DNA of 64,000 nt from the human T2T-CHM13v2.0 reference genome, Homo sapiens (GCA_009914755.4 CP068257.2:18048001-18112000), one strand, 5' to 3'; positions 26,960 to 40,496 are shown, counted from the first letter of the stretch. Notes: a model not told the origin generated them from the sequence alone. A program made the numbers and translations.

Positions 26960-28175
26960 TACAACAGAACGTGGTCCATGAAAGAAAAATCAAACAAATT
27001 AGATTTTATCACAACAGACTGGACTTGATTAAAATTAGAAACTTTTGCTTTGCAGAAGACCATGTTAATTAGATGAAAAACCACAGAATGGGAGAAAATA
27101 TTTGCAAATCACATAACTAACAAAAGATTTGTATGTGAAATATATAAAGAGCACTCTACAGTCAGCAGTAAGAAAACGACAATCCAATTAGAACATGTGC
27201 AAACAAGTTTAACAGACACTTTCATTTAAAAAGATAGACATTTAGAAAATAAGCACATTAAAAGGATGTTTAACACCAATAGTCATGAGGCAAAGGCAAA
27301 CTAAAGCTTAATGATATGAGATATCACTACTCACCCATTAGAATAGCTGAAATTAAAAATATAGCAATTGCTGGTCAGAATACAGAGAAATTGAATCCTT
27401 CATATGTTGCTGGTAAGAATGTAAAATGAAACAGCCATTCTGGAAAACAGTTTTGTAGTTTCTTATAAAACAAAACTATACAAATGCCATACAACCCAGC
27501 AATAACACTGTTGAATATTTATCCTAGAATAATTAAAAACTACGTTTCCAGACAAACCTGTACATCATTGTTCGTAGCAGTTTGGGGCTCATACAAGTTC
27601 CACACTGGATACAACCCAAATGTTCCTTAATGGGTGAATGTACAAATTGTGGTAGACACATGCAATTGAATACTACTTGGCAATAAAAAGGAGGGAACTA
27701 TTGACTTACACAACTTTGATGTATTTTAAAGTCATTAGATTGATTTTTAAAGGCCATCCCTAAAATTTACTTTATGATTTTATTTACATAACTTTCTTGA
27801 AGTTGCACAATCGTGTGAATAGAGAGATTAGTATTTTCATGGGTTAGGGTTTGGGGGCATTTTTAACACAAGGAAGTTTCTTTAAGATGATGGTACAGTT
27901 TTTGTTTTCTGCTGTGATGGTGCATACGTACATCTATATGTGTGATAAAATTACATAGAATTATATAATATAAATTTGCATGTAAAAACGGAAAGACTCT
28001 GAATAAGATCTGTACTCATGTTCATAGAATTGTACCAATGTCAATTTCCTGGCTTTGACAATGTACCATGGTTATGTAACATCTTGTAATTGAGGGAATT
28101 TGACAAAATATATTGATAACTCTGCATTGTTTACACAGTATTTTGTGTCATTTTCAATATAAAAAGGTATAAAAA
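26960..28175 (+). mobile_element. Ancient L1 (L1M-type) 3' portion: ORF2 C-terminal coding region and 3' UTR, plus orientation
   Basis: Matches the remembered L1M consensus: acagaatgggagaaaatatttgcaaatcacataactaacaaaagatttgtatgtgaaatatataaagagcactc...gatatgagatatcactactcacccattagaatagctgaaattaaaaatatagcaattgctggtcagaatacagagaaattgaatccttcatatgttgctggtaagaatgtaaaatgaaacagccattctggaaaacagttttg...ccagcaataacactgttgaatatttatcctagaa... Confidence 0.65.
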
Positions 28176-28766
28176 TGACTCACTCTAAAATCCAATTGAA
28201 GTGTTAAAATAATCATGATTGGGTATTTATGGTTGCATTGGTTCTATTGATTTTCACCTTTACATTTGTGAAAAGTTTGTGGTAACAAAGTGTAACCCTT
28301 CACTGTGTTTGCATCTCTCCCCCTCATGCCCTCCCTGCTCCAACAATAATGGAGGTTAGAAGGTACTTGTTTCTCCCTTCAATCCTAGAAAGTGGAGCTT
28401 TGCTGAGACCACATGGAACACTTGATATACTTTATTTGTGTTTTGAAGAACTCAGAAGACCTATGACTGACTCCCCCTTAAACATGGTTAATGAAAGAGA
28501 AGGTAGCTGAGTAGGTTCTCTCCTATGGGAGAAAGAAAACATGGACTGCGTTATGGCTGTCCTGTTTTCCCAACATGGATCCAGAGAGAGAGATTGTATG
28601 AGAGAAAAAGAGTGCAGAACTAGGATGGAGTCTGGTGGAAATAATTCATAGAATATCAAGTCTAAAGGTTTCCAAAGTTATTGCATCTTTCAAATTATGT
28701 TTGGCATATAAATCTAAAGCTGACTAACTTCATTTAAGAAGTAATGTCATTTTTATGTGGTTACAG

Positions 28767-28842
28767 AAATTCCAGGAATATATTATGTTTGAAATACATA
28801 ATTTCCGTAAATTCCAGGAATATGTTATGTTTGAAATACACA
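28767..28842. repeat. Two-copy tandem duplication with a 42-bp period
   Basis: aaattccaggaatatattatgtttgaaatacata (28767-28800) and aaattccaggaatatgttatgtttgaaatacaca (28809-28842), one mismatch. Confidence 0.85.
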
Positions 28843-28877
28843 AAGGATTACTGTGAGTCTTAAGAGTTTTTGTTTGT

Positions 28878-28903
28878 TGGTTGGTTGGTTGGTTGGTTTG
28901 TTT
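28878..28903. repeat. (TTGG)n tetranucleotide microsatellite
   Basis: ttggttggttggttggttggtttg lies immediately 5' of an Alu. Confidence 0.9.
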
Positions 28904-28906
28904 TCC

Positions 28907-29203
28907 AGCCAGGTGTGGTGGCTGACACCTGTAATTCTAGCACTATTGGGGGCCGAGGTGGGCGAATCACCTGAGGTCGGGAGTTCGAGACCAGCCTAGC
29001 CAATGTGGCAAAACCCCGTCTCTACTAAAAATACAAAAATTAGCAGGGCATGGTGGCACACACCTGTAATCCCAGCTACTCAGGAGTCTGAGGCAGGAGA
29101 ATACCTTGAACCTGGGAGGTGGAGGCAGCAGTCAGTTCAGACTGCACCACTGCACTCCAGCCTGGGTGACAGAGGGAGACTCTGTCTCAAAAAGAAAAAA
29201 AAA
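28907..29203 (+). mobile_element. Alu SINE, full length, plus orientation
   Basis: agccaggtgtggtggctgacacctgtaattctagcactattgggggccgaggtgggcgaatcacctgaggtcgggagttcgagaccagcc...gcactccagcctgggtgacagagggagactctgtctcaaaaagaaaaaaaaa. Confidence 0.95.
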
Positions 29204-32200
29204 TTCTTTTTTTTTTTTTTCTCCTCTCTCTACTACTCTAAAACTCCTGGGACCTTTTACTGTCTTTCCTGTTCTCCTGACACTCCATCCCTGGAAAACT
29301 AAGGTTTCTTTTCTGACTGCTTCCTTTGGGTTCTACCCGATTTAATTGGTGCATTTATTTCTTTCCATTGAGAGAAGAGATTAAAACAGCTCAATTTTCA
29401 TGTCCAAACACTCTTTTACAAGTGTAGAAAAAAGTTATGAACACTGACACACTGATATTTTTATTCTTCACATTTACCTGTTAATTGGTGAAATTCATAT
29501 AATTTTTGAATTTACAATAATTGTATTTGGGAATTTTTGGCCTTCATACACATTACTTTTCTCATGCTACACATTATTCAACAGTAAATTTGCAAGAACC
29601 TGAGTAATTCCTGAAATTCTAAAATAAATGTTGATCAGTGTCTATTTCTAACATTTACTACTGAGACCTTTATTTAAATGAAACAACTTAAAGATTATGA
29701 GCCAATTTAAAGTAATTGAACAGTAATAAGGCCGTAACTTTAATGTGATCATATTAAAGGTAATAATTCATTTACAAGCTTGATTTGTATTATTGGTAGT
29801 ATATTATTTCTAAATAAATTAACAGTAAATTTCCGAACTCATTTATTAGACACTTTAAAAAGCCTTGCTAATTCTACTATTTATCATTTAGATTTTGTCA
29901 GTATTAAAGTTTTATTTGTATCATCTTTTGAAAAAATATTTGTGGTATATGAGTATAATTAATATACTAATGGGAATAGTTAGTACCCCAATCAGTAATG
30001 TAAGGCACCAGCATAAAAATTAAGTGATTAAAAAAATCTACTTAAGAACAAATAAAAATAATATGTATTTTAGGGCTGATAAAATAAATTTCATATATTT
30101 TAAAAATGTTTATTTTTCTAATTATATAAACCACTACTAAATACATAATTAAGTGGCTAACACTTTCTCCTTCTGGTAACAGAACATGAATACCTTTTAA
30201 TACTTCTTAATTACAGTATAATATTTTGTTCTTAAACTTAGGATTTGTTGTTTTCAAAGTAATGTTGAAAAATAACTGTATCTGTTATTAATTCTGAGCC
30301 ATCTTACAAAATTGCAACATGCTAAAAAGCTTTATGTTTGAAGGCTGTAGTAGTGAACATTCTAAAGTTGACATAATACCTAGTGTTTATTCGCTCCTTA
30401 ATAACGTTAAGTATTAATCAAAATTTCTGAACTTGCATATCAATTTTCCATGATAGCATTTAGCAAATTATTTTTGACTTGTTTTCCTCTACATTATTTT
30501 AAAATTTACATTCTATTTTAAAATAAATAAGGTGAGAAGGCTTGATTTAAGAGAATATAGAAAGTGTGGATGGTATTCTTGACCAAAAGAACGTCATGAA
30601 TGAGATGGGCTGTTCTAGACTGCATGGGACCCTACCAGTGATGAAGATAGGACTATAGGCTGTCATGTGGTTGTTTGTTCCATGCCAAGCAGCTTTGCTT
30701 TGATCTCTATCATATATTGGCTGCTGCACGCAATTCCACTTGGGGAAAACAAAAAACACCACTGAATTCTCCCATTGGCTTAGGAGTTAATCTGCATTCC
30801 ATGAAGGACTCCTAGACTTCATGCAGAATTTGGAAGGGTCAAATTTTTTATTCTGTTGACCTAATGCTTCGTATTTTTGAAAATCTTATTCTTTGGCTCT
30901 TTACTTCCTGTGGTTTTGATTACTTTCATGTTTAGTAAATATGACTTTTTTTTTCTTCTAATGATAAATTCTTTTCTTTAAATAGAAAAAAATTATAATA
31001 CTAACAAGCAAGGTATTGTAGCAGTTAAAAGACAAAAACTTTCAGGAGCATTTTTGTTTCACTTTGTTTTCCTTTGTTTTTTAATTGTTGGCTATACTTA
31101 CAAAGAATTAGAAAAACAAGATTAGGAATGTAAGTAATTTAGGAGAAAATAGTCTCTCAGAAACACATGCAGATTTAGACACAAAAACTCAGAAGATAGC
31201 ATAGTGTTTAGTCTATAATTGGTATTCTTTAAATTTCTTATTTTATCGTTTTTGTTTGTTTAGTTGTTTATACTTTAGCAGTTTTCTTCTGACAGTACTT
31301 TTTGTTTGTTTTTTTGGTATAGAGAGCACATATATATATTGTCCAGGTTTTACTGGTCCCAATTTGGGAATGTAGCTTGTTTTTCACAGAGGAGAATCAG
31401 TAAGTTTTCCTTATATTTCTGTCTAACCAATCCATCATAAACATCAATATGTCACAATATTTTGGGGTACAATTTACTACTAGGATCTGTGGGTAGAGCA
31501 AACTAAAAAGATGAAATATTTTCCTTGGTGCAGCATAACCAGAAATCTGTGATTTATTTAGATTCATTTTATTATGAAAACAAGAAAAGTCAAGAATTGG
31601 ATATTGTCTAGTCTGTTCTCACCTTACAGAGTGATGACATCATACACAAGAGAGGGTGCACAAAGACCAGAAAGCCTTCTCCTTACACTTGAGGCAGTGT
31701 TAGGAGATAGCCCGTTATATGTTGAAGGTCAGAAATATCTCAATTGTCATTATTATTTAAGATATTAAAATTAACTGTTTTGGGGACATGCTTACAATAC
31801 TAAAATACTCTAAAAATGTCCACAACCAGAAGACATAGCTGATTAAAAATAGAAAGGTATATAATTAGTGAAAGATAAGATACTCTAGGTGACATTAAAA
31901 TTATATTAATATGAAAACAGTGTGCTCAGTTACGTACATACCTTGAGAATTTAGAAGCCAGATATTACAACCCTAAATTCCAGTTTTAGGTTCATCCACT
32001 TTCATTATTATAGCCAATAGTTAAATTTTCCTATAAATACATTTAAAAGTGATTTTTTTAAATATCAGGATTCAATAATTTTTTATCTGACATTTGCAGC
32101 ATACATTTCCCAAAATTATTTTATTTGTAATACCTTTCTAATATACTAATTTATTTTGCTTCCTGTTCAATCTTGCTCCAGCAAATTTTGTATCATTTCA

Positions 32201-33063
32201 TTTCTCCCAATGCCATCAAAAGAGTGTGAAGCAATAAGATACGATGCAAAGTATATTTCTAAGGGATGATTTCTTATCTCCCCAGTATTGTAACTAGAAG
32301 GCTAAAAGCTTTTTCTTCCTACTTTTAAAAACAAGACTGCTGGAGTCAGATAACTTTCCATAGAGTCTACTAGTAGCAGACTCTTACTAGTAAGCTCCAT
32401 GTCTGCCGTTGATCGCCTTACCCTCAGTGCTTTCTCTCAGGTAGTAGTTTATGTATTGCCCTGTTTTACCTACATGACATTGACAAAATGAATTTGTGAT
32501 TATCAAATAAAATTCTTTACTCTTATTTGCACACTACTTATCATTTTATTTTTAAGAATTAATGTCTGTAATATAAAGATACTGAATGTCACAGGGCAAG
32601 TTTCTGATCTCCTTGGTGCTTAGAATTCTTAACTGTGTGACTTGCACTTGTACCCAGTAACACTTAAGGATACTTATGCTGAAGACCACGAAAGCTGGCA
32701 AGTTAAATGTATTATCTGACTGCAAAGGGTAATTTGAATCTAATAGGTTGGATTCTGTCTTGCATATATATAATTCGCAAGAAGCAAATCTTGTTACTGG
32801 TTTTAAGAAAATTCTAACTTTTTTAAACTAGAGAAACCAGAGAACTCCAAAGTTTAATAGTAACTTGAGTAGATTAGAAAATAATTTAAAACTTCAGCAA
32901 AATGATAGACATTGCAGATCAATAGCCCTTTTTATTAATGTAAATGGCACATTATTTTTGCCTAGAAAGCATTTTTACAAATATTTTGAAATTTCACATC
33001 ATTTTACTTTTATTTAAGAAAAAGTTCCTGTATTACCCAATATTCTGAAAAAAACAAACACTC

Positions 33064-33107
33064 ACACACACACACACACAGGAGATAGGTAGATAGATAT
33101 ATAGATA
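33064..33107. repeat. Compound microsatellite: (CA)n followed by (GATA)n-like repeats
   Basis: cacacacacacacacacaggagataggtagatagatatatagataagg. Confidence 0.85.
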
Positions 33108-33129
33108 AGGAGGAAATTTATTAGTGGAA

Positions 33130-33495
33130 TTGGCTTGTGTGATTACGGAGGGTGAGAACTCCCATGATATGCCATCTGTCTCAAGCTGAAGAACCTGGAA
33201 ACCTGGGGTTTAGCACCTAATCCCGGAGTCCAAAGGCCTGAGAAGCAGGAGCTCTAATGTCTGAGATCACTAACAGGAGAAAAAGGTGGAGGTTCCAGCC
33301 CGAGAGACAGAGAAAGAATTTGCACCTCCTCTCCCTTTTTTCAGAAGGGCCCTCAAAGATTGGATGGTACCAGTCTACGTTGGTGAGGGGGAATCTTCTT
33401 TACTCAGTCTACTGGTTCAAATGCCAATCTCTTCTGGAAAACGCTACATAATGTTTTACCACCTATGTAGGTAACACTTAACTCAGACAAGTTGA
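33130..33495 (+). mobile_element. MaLR LTR fragment (MLT1-like), 3' portion
   Basis: ccctcaaagattggatggtaccagtctacgttggtgagggggaatcttctttactcagtctactggttcaaatgccaatctcttctggaaaacgctacataatgttttaccacctatgtaggtaacacttaactcagacaagttgacacataaaattaac. This matches the remembered MLT1 3' consensus (...cccagtcaagttgacacataaaattaacca). Confidence 0.5.
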
Positions 33496-34467
33496 CACAT
33501 AAAATTAACTAATGTATTTCCTAAAATTTCATTTACCTAAACTTTGATGACTTAAGAGTATTAAAATTAAAATATCCAGAGACTTACTCCTCAAACATAT
33601 AACTATTTACACTTGCATTAAAATTTCAGGAGTTGATTTATGTGGTCTACCTAACAGGATAAATTAATAATGATGCCAACAGTTTTTATGTATTTTGGCT
33701 TTTCTATGTGCTATGTTATTTATACACAATGAATCTGATCTGTATTTCAACAAAGCTGTCTAAATTCAAAGTGTATGTACTTTTGCTGCTATACATTCCC
33801 ATATCATGATGTTTTCTATTTAAAAAATAACAAAACTATGAACTTGGTAGGAAAGTTTTGGTAAAATTTGTCAAGTACTTAGTTTCCAATGTTGTCTAAC
33901 ACAAATTCTAAAAAATCACTTAGGCCATTATGAAGAAAATTTTAATTTAAAGGTAATTAAATATAAAAGATAGCTTGAAATTGTAATCATGTTTAAAACA
34001 TTTAATTGGTTACAATATATTTTTGAAAGTGCTTAATTTTGAAGAATATGAAGTGTACATTTTACTTTTTATTTTCATTTTTTATAGCACACTGAAAAGA
34101 AAATTTTACATACATTCTAGTGTACACATTTTCTTTCAGATTTGATAGCTTTTGATCATTGTAATACGGACATTTCTGATAATTTGTAATATGGACAACC
34201 GAACCAGGAAATCCGGTGTTTTACAAGTTGAGAAAGTAGAAGCCACCTACCTATTACATTTTCCCTTCTTTTCATTTTGTAGTAAAATAAAATTTTACTC
34301 TGCTATTTGTTTTGGGGATAATGTGCCAAATGGCACCACATGCATAAGAAGTCAATGAAATAAAAATATACTTAGAAGCATGCCTATGTAAAAGCTATGT
34401 ATCTATGGCAACTAGCCTTATGAAATGTCTCAAGTAGTAAGACTTAAATGTCAAAATAACTTCTTAT

Positions 34468-34775
34468 CCAGGCGTGGTGGCTCACGCCTGTAATTCCAGC
34501 ACTTTGGGAGGCTGAGGCAGGTGGATCATTTGAGGTCAGGGAGTTCAAGACAAGCCTGGCCAACATGGTGAAACGCTGTCTCTAATAAAAATACAAAAAT
34601 TAGCTGGGTAGCAGTGTCGTGCACCTGTAATCCCAGCTACTCAGGAGGCTGAGGCAGGACAATCACATGAGGCTGGGAGTTGGAGGTTGTGGTGAGCCGA
34701 GATTGCACCACTGCACACCAGTCTGGGCAACAGAGTGAGAACCTGTCTCAAAAAACAAAAGAAAAAACAAAAAAC
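34468..34775 (+). mobile_element. Alu SINE nested inside Tigger1, with a recognisable target-site duplication
   Basis: aggcgtggtggctcacgcctgtaattccagcactttgggaggctgaggcaggtggatcatttgaggtcagggagttcaagacaagcctggccaacatggtgaaac... with an A-rich tail. The flanks aacttcttatcc (34459-34470) and tacttcttgatcc (34778-34790) are duplicated. The Tigger1 consensus shows a single copy at this site. Confidence 0.92.
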
Positions 34776-35742
34776 TACTTCTTGATCCATGGGCTGCAGA
34801 ATAGATGTGAGAGCAGGCATGAAAACAATATGAATCTCCTTGTATATCTCTGTCAGAGCTCTTGGGGACTAGGTGTATTGTCAATCAGCAGCAATATTTT
34901 GAAAATAATCTTTTTTTCTGAGCAGTAGTTCTCAACAGTGGTCTTAAACTATTCGGTCAACCATGCACTAAACAGATGTGCTGTTATCCAGGCTTTGTTT
35001 CATTTACAAAGCACAGGCAGCGCAGATTTAGCATCAATCTTCAGAGCACCAGAATTTTTGAAATGGTAAATGAGCGTTGACTTAGTTTTCAGCTAAATTA
35101 GTCCCTTCCAAGAAAGTAAACTCATCATTTGAAGCTTTGAAGCCAGGCATGGACTTCTCTCCTCTTGCTATGAAAGTCCAAAATGACATCTTCCAATAGA
35201 AGGCTGTTTTGTTTACAGTAAAAGCCTGTTATTTAGTGTAGCCACCTTCATAATTATTTCCTTTAGATCTTCTGGATAACTTACTGCAGCTTGTCTATCA
35301 GCACTTACTGCTTTACCTTTCACTTTTATGTTTTAGAGACAGCTTCTTTCCTTAAACTTCATGAATAAACCTCTGCTAGCTTCAAACTCTTCTGCAGCTT
35401 CTTCATCTCACCTAGGCTTTTAGAATTAAAGAGTGTTAGGGCCTTGCTCTGGATTAGGCTTTGGCTTAAGTAAGTGTTGTGGTTGGTTTGATTTATCCAG
35501 ATACCAAAGCAGGCTGTGTGCTTTCTTATCATTCATGTGTTCACTGAAGTAGCAATTTTAATTTATTTCAATAACTTTTCCCTTGCATTCACAACTCAGC
35601 TAATTGTTTGGCACAAGAGGCCTCACTTTCAGCCTATCTTGGTGTTCAACATGACTTCCTCAGTAAGCTTGTTCATTTCTAGCTTTTGATTTAAAGTGAG
35701 AGATGTGTGACTCTTTCTTTCACTTAAACACTTAGACATCAT
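34776..35742 (-). pseudogene. Decayed Tigger1 pogo-type transposase (CENP-B-like N-terminal DNA-binding region), multiple stops and frameshifts
   Basis: The minus-strand translation from ATGATG at about 35742 reads MMSKCLSERKSHTSLTLNQKLEMNKLTEEVMLNTKIG*.. and later SQSLIQSKALTLFNSK. Compare Tigger1 MASKCSSERKSRTSLTLNQKLEMIKLSEEGMSKAEIG...SQSLIQSKALTLFNSKK. Confidence 0.65.
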
Positions 35743-35960
35743 TGCAGGGTTACTAATTGGCCTAATTTCAATATTGTGTTTCAAGGAATAGGGAAGCCTG
35801 AGGGCTAGGAGAAAGAAAGGGGGAATGGTTATTCAGTGGAGCAGTCAGCATATATACATTTATCAATTAAGTTCACTGGCTTATATGGGCATGGTTTGTG
35901 GTGCCCTAAAAAGGTTACATAAAATCAATGATCACAGATTACAGATCGCCATAACATATA

Positions 35961-35984
35961 GTAATAATAATAATAATAATAATA
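35961..35984. repeat. (AAT)n trinucleotide microsatellite (inside Tigger1)
   Basis: taataataataataataataata seen directly. Confidence 0.9.
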
Positions 35985-36473
35985 CAAGTTTGAAATACTG
36001 CGAGTTTTTCCACCATGTAACACAGAGTCATGAAGTTAGTACATGCAGTTGGCATGATGGCATCCATAGACTTCCTTGACAGGATTCCTGCAAACTTTCA
36101 ATTAGTAAAAACTGCAATATCTGTAAAGCGAAATTGCCTGTATTAAAGAAACTGCCTTCATCAGAACTTAGAAAAATGAAATATAGACCTACATTTTGTT
36201 TTACTTATTTCTGTTTAATATTTAATTCCAATACTGTAACCATAAAGCAATATTATTGCTAACGTGCTTCTAACTGTAATTGCATTTTAGTGAAAGATGA
36301 ATGTTTTTGTGGTTGTTTTTGTAATTACTATCATTCTTTGGTAGTTTCTATTTGTTTTTGCTCTTTAGTTACATTTTCAAGTTTTTTTAAGTTTTTTTTT
36401 TAATTAGTGAGGTAAGCTTAGTACAATTTAAACCTCTCATACAGACTTTAATAATTAAAAAAAACAAAATTAT

Positions 36474-36790
36474 GACCAAGCACGGTGGCTCATTCCTGTA
36501 ATCCCAGCAATTTGAGAGGCCAGTGTGGGAAGATTGCTTGAGTCCATGCATTTGAGACCAGCCTGGTCACTACAGTGCAACCCTGTCTCTATAAAAAATT
36601 AAAATATTAGGCGGGCATGGTGGTGCATGGCTGTAGTCCCAGCTATAGTCCCAGCTATTCAGGAGGCTGAGGCAGGATGATTGCTTAAGCCAAGGACTTC
36701 AAGGGTGTAGTAATCTATCATCACACCACTGCACTCCAGGCTGGCAAGAGAGCAGGACTCTGTCTTGGAAAACAAAAACAAAACACCAAA
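36474..36790 (+). mobile_element. Alu SINE (older, more diverged), plus orientation
   Basis: gaccaagcacggtggctcattcctgtaatcccagcaatttgagaggccagtgtgggaagattgcttgagtcc...gcactccaggctggcaagagagcaggactctgtcttggaaaacaaaaacaaaac. It contains an internal micro-duplication, tagtcccagcta x2. Confidence 0.88.
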
Positions 36791-39265
36791 ATCATCTTTC
36801 TATTTACATAGAAATGCCCTTCATAATTTATTGTCTTTTATCATTTGCCAAGGAATAGGGTCATAAGGAGGTCCTACTGTTTCTAAAAAGCCTACTTTGT
36901 TATTTAGAGACCTTTAACTCCTAGGAAGTTGTTTTATGGTATAATAACATTGCTTCCTCACATTCACAGAAACCTCTGCTTCTATTATATTCCCAGAAGA
37001 AAGTTCTGCCAAATGAAATTTCCTCACGTGAGTACGTGTTTCCTACGAAGTTTCACCCACTAACAGAATAAATGCTTTTCCATTTTATAATATCTACGTT
37101 CCATCCATGACTTCATTTCATCATGAATAATTATTTTGTTTCAGATATTGCCTTTGTTTCAACTGGCTTGAAACCTTGACATTATGCTGACTTATGATTC
37201 ACTATCAATTTAATTCCTCCAGGATCCCAATCAGTGGTCTTGTCAGCCTAGATTCTTTCTTGTTTCTAGTCTTCTGGTAATCTACATACACCACAAACTA
37301 CCTTATATATATAAAGTATATATTTGATTCAAAGTCTGAAACTATACAGGAAGCAGAATATCTAATGCAAATTAAAATATTGCAAAGCATAGAAAAGAAT
37401 GAATACTTAACTGATTATGTTATAAATCATGTATGACTTATTTCCCAAAATTACTTTGGAGCACAAAAACTTTGCAAACCAATCATTAATAAATATTAAC
37501 ACATAAGTTTAAATATATTACAAACCTGAAGCTAGCAGAGTTTTACAGTATTTTCTATGACATATTATTAATTATAATTGGAATACATGAATTTATAAAA
37601 AGTAACCTACTAATACAGTCAACCAGAATAATAAGCTAAATGAAGATCATATTGTGAATATCTTAAATTTATAAAATGTAACTAAATATGTTTATGATAG
37701 AAAAATTTTATATAAAATTACAAACACATTCTGTAAAATATCTATTTTATATAATACTAAGATAGTTCACAATGAAATGTCAAGATAAAAGTCAATCCAT
37801 AAGCAAGTCTCCTATCACTGAATAGTATTCTTGAAATTTAAGCCAGTGGAAATAGACAAGCAATTACACATATTTGAATGAACATTTCAAGATTCTGTTT
37901 GTGTAAATCCTAACTACTTACAAAATACAAAGGATGCAAATGTAAGCAATTAATTCTAGAAACTGTGTTCAGTGAGGTTATCAGACCTAAGTTACACACA
38001 TAGTATGTTTTAGACATTTACAGAAAAGCCTGTCCTGTAATTACTTACTGTAAAATATGTAGTAGCCATTTGAAGAATACAACAAAAATAGAAAAAATAG
38101 GAAGATATAATATTACTAAGTGCATGATATTTCCCAAACCTATCTACATAATTTAGAAAATTTCAACCAAAATATAGACATGATTTGATTTGTAGTAACC
38201 TAATAGAATTATCAGAATTAACAATAATCTGAAATAGCACCAATAGCTAAAAACAATTCAAAAATAAAAACATTGAGAGAGATCAAGCGTGATCAAACAT
38301 AAAATGCACTATAAATCTATAAAAAATTTACATAGTGCGGTTTAGAAATATGTAGTCAATGAAAGTATCAAAATCGAGTTCAGAATTACAACTATGCCTG
38401 CCACAATAAATAATTGGCAGTCATTTTGTTACTCAATTCATTGCTAACAACTATAAATCCACAAATATTTCCAGGTGATATCTAGATGACCACTGAAATG
38501 TCCACTGACCCTCGGGGGTGTCCAATACCAATAATTATTTATACAAGAAATTTCCTTTAAAAAATGATTCAAGCCAAGTTACACATATCATTTTGGAAGC
38601 AACAGATAAAAGTAGAATCTCATCAGAAAAGTGTTTACTAGTCAGACAGAACAAAATGTTTTCATCAACACCAGTCTATGCCAGTCAGTTATTTTCACCA
38701 AGTTGTATTAACAGGAAAAGGAATGATCAGAAAACTTGCAAAAGTTACAGAGGATTTTAGGACCTCTCATTAGACTGTAAAGTATAATTTTCATTTTTCA
38801 ATATTATATAGTGATTTGTATTCTGACAATTTATAGTTGCTGTAACAGAAATTACTCTACTTCATAGGGAGAAGCATACAAAAATGAATGGCTGTGCTGC
38901 CAGGGGAGTGGTATTTGGAAGATAAGATAGGCATTAACTAGACACTAATACCACTAATTAAAGCAAGAGCTGGAATGTGCTGGTGCTGCTGCTTATGAAA
39001 AATAACCCTGCACCTGTGTCAGACACTGTTGGGCTGAATACTGTTATTTTACCATAGCTCCTCTTCCACTTGCCTTTGTGTTAATTTTAATAATCATAGA
39101 TTTTTAAGTTCATAAAAGGAATGATGTTTATTGTTTGTTTTTCTCAGATACAAATTCCACTCAGTGGTGTCTTCACACTTAGATCTGCATTCCCTGTTTA
39201 AAGTTAAAATTGAGAGTACTTTCTTTGTGGAGAATTCTCATATGTAAAATTAGAATATAAAATTA

Positions 39266-39330
39266 GTAGTGGTAAGATGAAGGAAATAGTAGCGGTAAGA
39301 TGAAGGAAATAGCGGTAAGATGAAGGAAAT
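39266..39330. repeat. Three-copy minisatellite with a 21-23 bp period
   Basis: gtagtggtaagatgaaggaaata / gtagcggtaagatgaaggaaat / agcggtaagatgaaggaaat. Confidence 0.85.
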
Positions 39331-39462
39331 TATTAAGTGAAAAGTTGAGAATGTTTTGGTGCAATAAGCCGAAAATAGTCAACAAGAACAATATTTCAAA
39401 TTTATAAAGAGAGAAAAAGCATGTCATGACCATGTTTGCTGTTATAAAATTGCATTGACATG

Positions 39463-39480
39463 TTTGCAAATATTTGCAAA
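39463..39480. repeat. Perfect 18-bp palindrome tttgcaaatatttgcaaa
   Basis: The sequence equals its own reverse complement, checked by hand. Confidence 0.85.
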
Positions 39481-40496
39481 AATATCCTAAAATAAAGAAT
39501 AATTAAAATCATCCTTTAGTTGATTGTTCTCATTTTTGTTGTCTGCATTCTACTGTCTTGCCAAAACAACAGTTTTAAGTCAAAATATTTTATTGCTTAA
39601 GATATTCTCCTAAAAAATCAGTTTATTTTGTTTGTATAGATCAGCAATTTTTTGCATTTCTATTATTTAAAGTAAGGTTTTCTAATTATTAGATTTCTTT
39701 TTTTTCTTTTAGAATATAAGCTATTTTGTTTCAGGTGTTTAAGAAAATTAGAAATACATTTTATATAGAATTTTTCTGTATGGAATATTACTCTCCAGAA
39801 AGTAAAAATCTTATGTAGTGATCTAGTTTGTCCTCACCCAAATCTTAAAAAAAATTAGATGACCTGTTTTATATTCTCACCGTATTCTCTCTCCAGTCCT
39901 CTCTTATTCTTATGGTATTAATATTCCAGGTATACCTCTCTATTTTGTTCTGTGAATGTTGGTCTTCATCTTGGATTTTTTGTATGATGATGATATTAGT
40001 TCTCTTATGTTTCTGCTGCTTTTTTTTTCCTTTTCAGTGTCATAGCTGTTTGCTTTAACACTTTTGAGTGTGTTAATATGGTTCCTTAACTACTATATAG
40101 TTCTTTGTCTCTAAATTTGTTGTAAATCTGAAGTCAATCCATTACACTGTATGCAGTAATTGTGTAAATATTATTCATTGTAGGATCAGATTATTGACCT
40201 TTTTGTTAAATAGCATGAATGCTGGGACTCTGGGAGAATGTTCACAACCTAAATGTTGTCTTGAACTTTTATTTCTTTTTTTAGCATGTTATTTACTGAA
40301 AACCATACCCCATTTGGTATTTCATTACAAGTTATATGTATCATTTGGATTTTCTTTGTGTTTATCATTTGAGACTCCAGAATCATGTAATTAGTGGGAG
40401 TCAAATTATTTGATATAATACTCACTGGACCCTTTCCTTGTAAAGTTATTTGTAAAATATGTTTGGAAATTTTATTTGGTTGATGGTCTCTGTTCA

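Larger units (their letters stand above)
34157..36140 (-). mobile_element. Tigger1 (TcMar-Tigger/pogo) DNA transposon, internally deleted, interrupted by a nested Alu at 34468-34775
   Basis: 34776-36140 is the reverse complement of the Tigger1 5' end and the start of its transposase gene. The terminus is ...aaaactgcaatatctgtaaagcgaaattgcctg followed by TA. 34157-34467 is the reverse complement of a Tigger1 internal piece joined to the 3' terminus (...ggacaaccgaaccaggaaatccggtg...). Confidence 0.75.
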
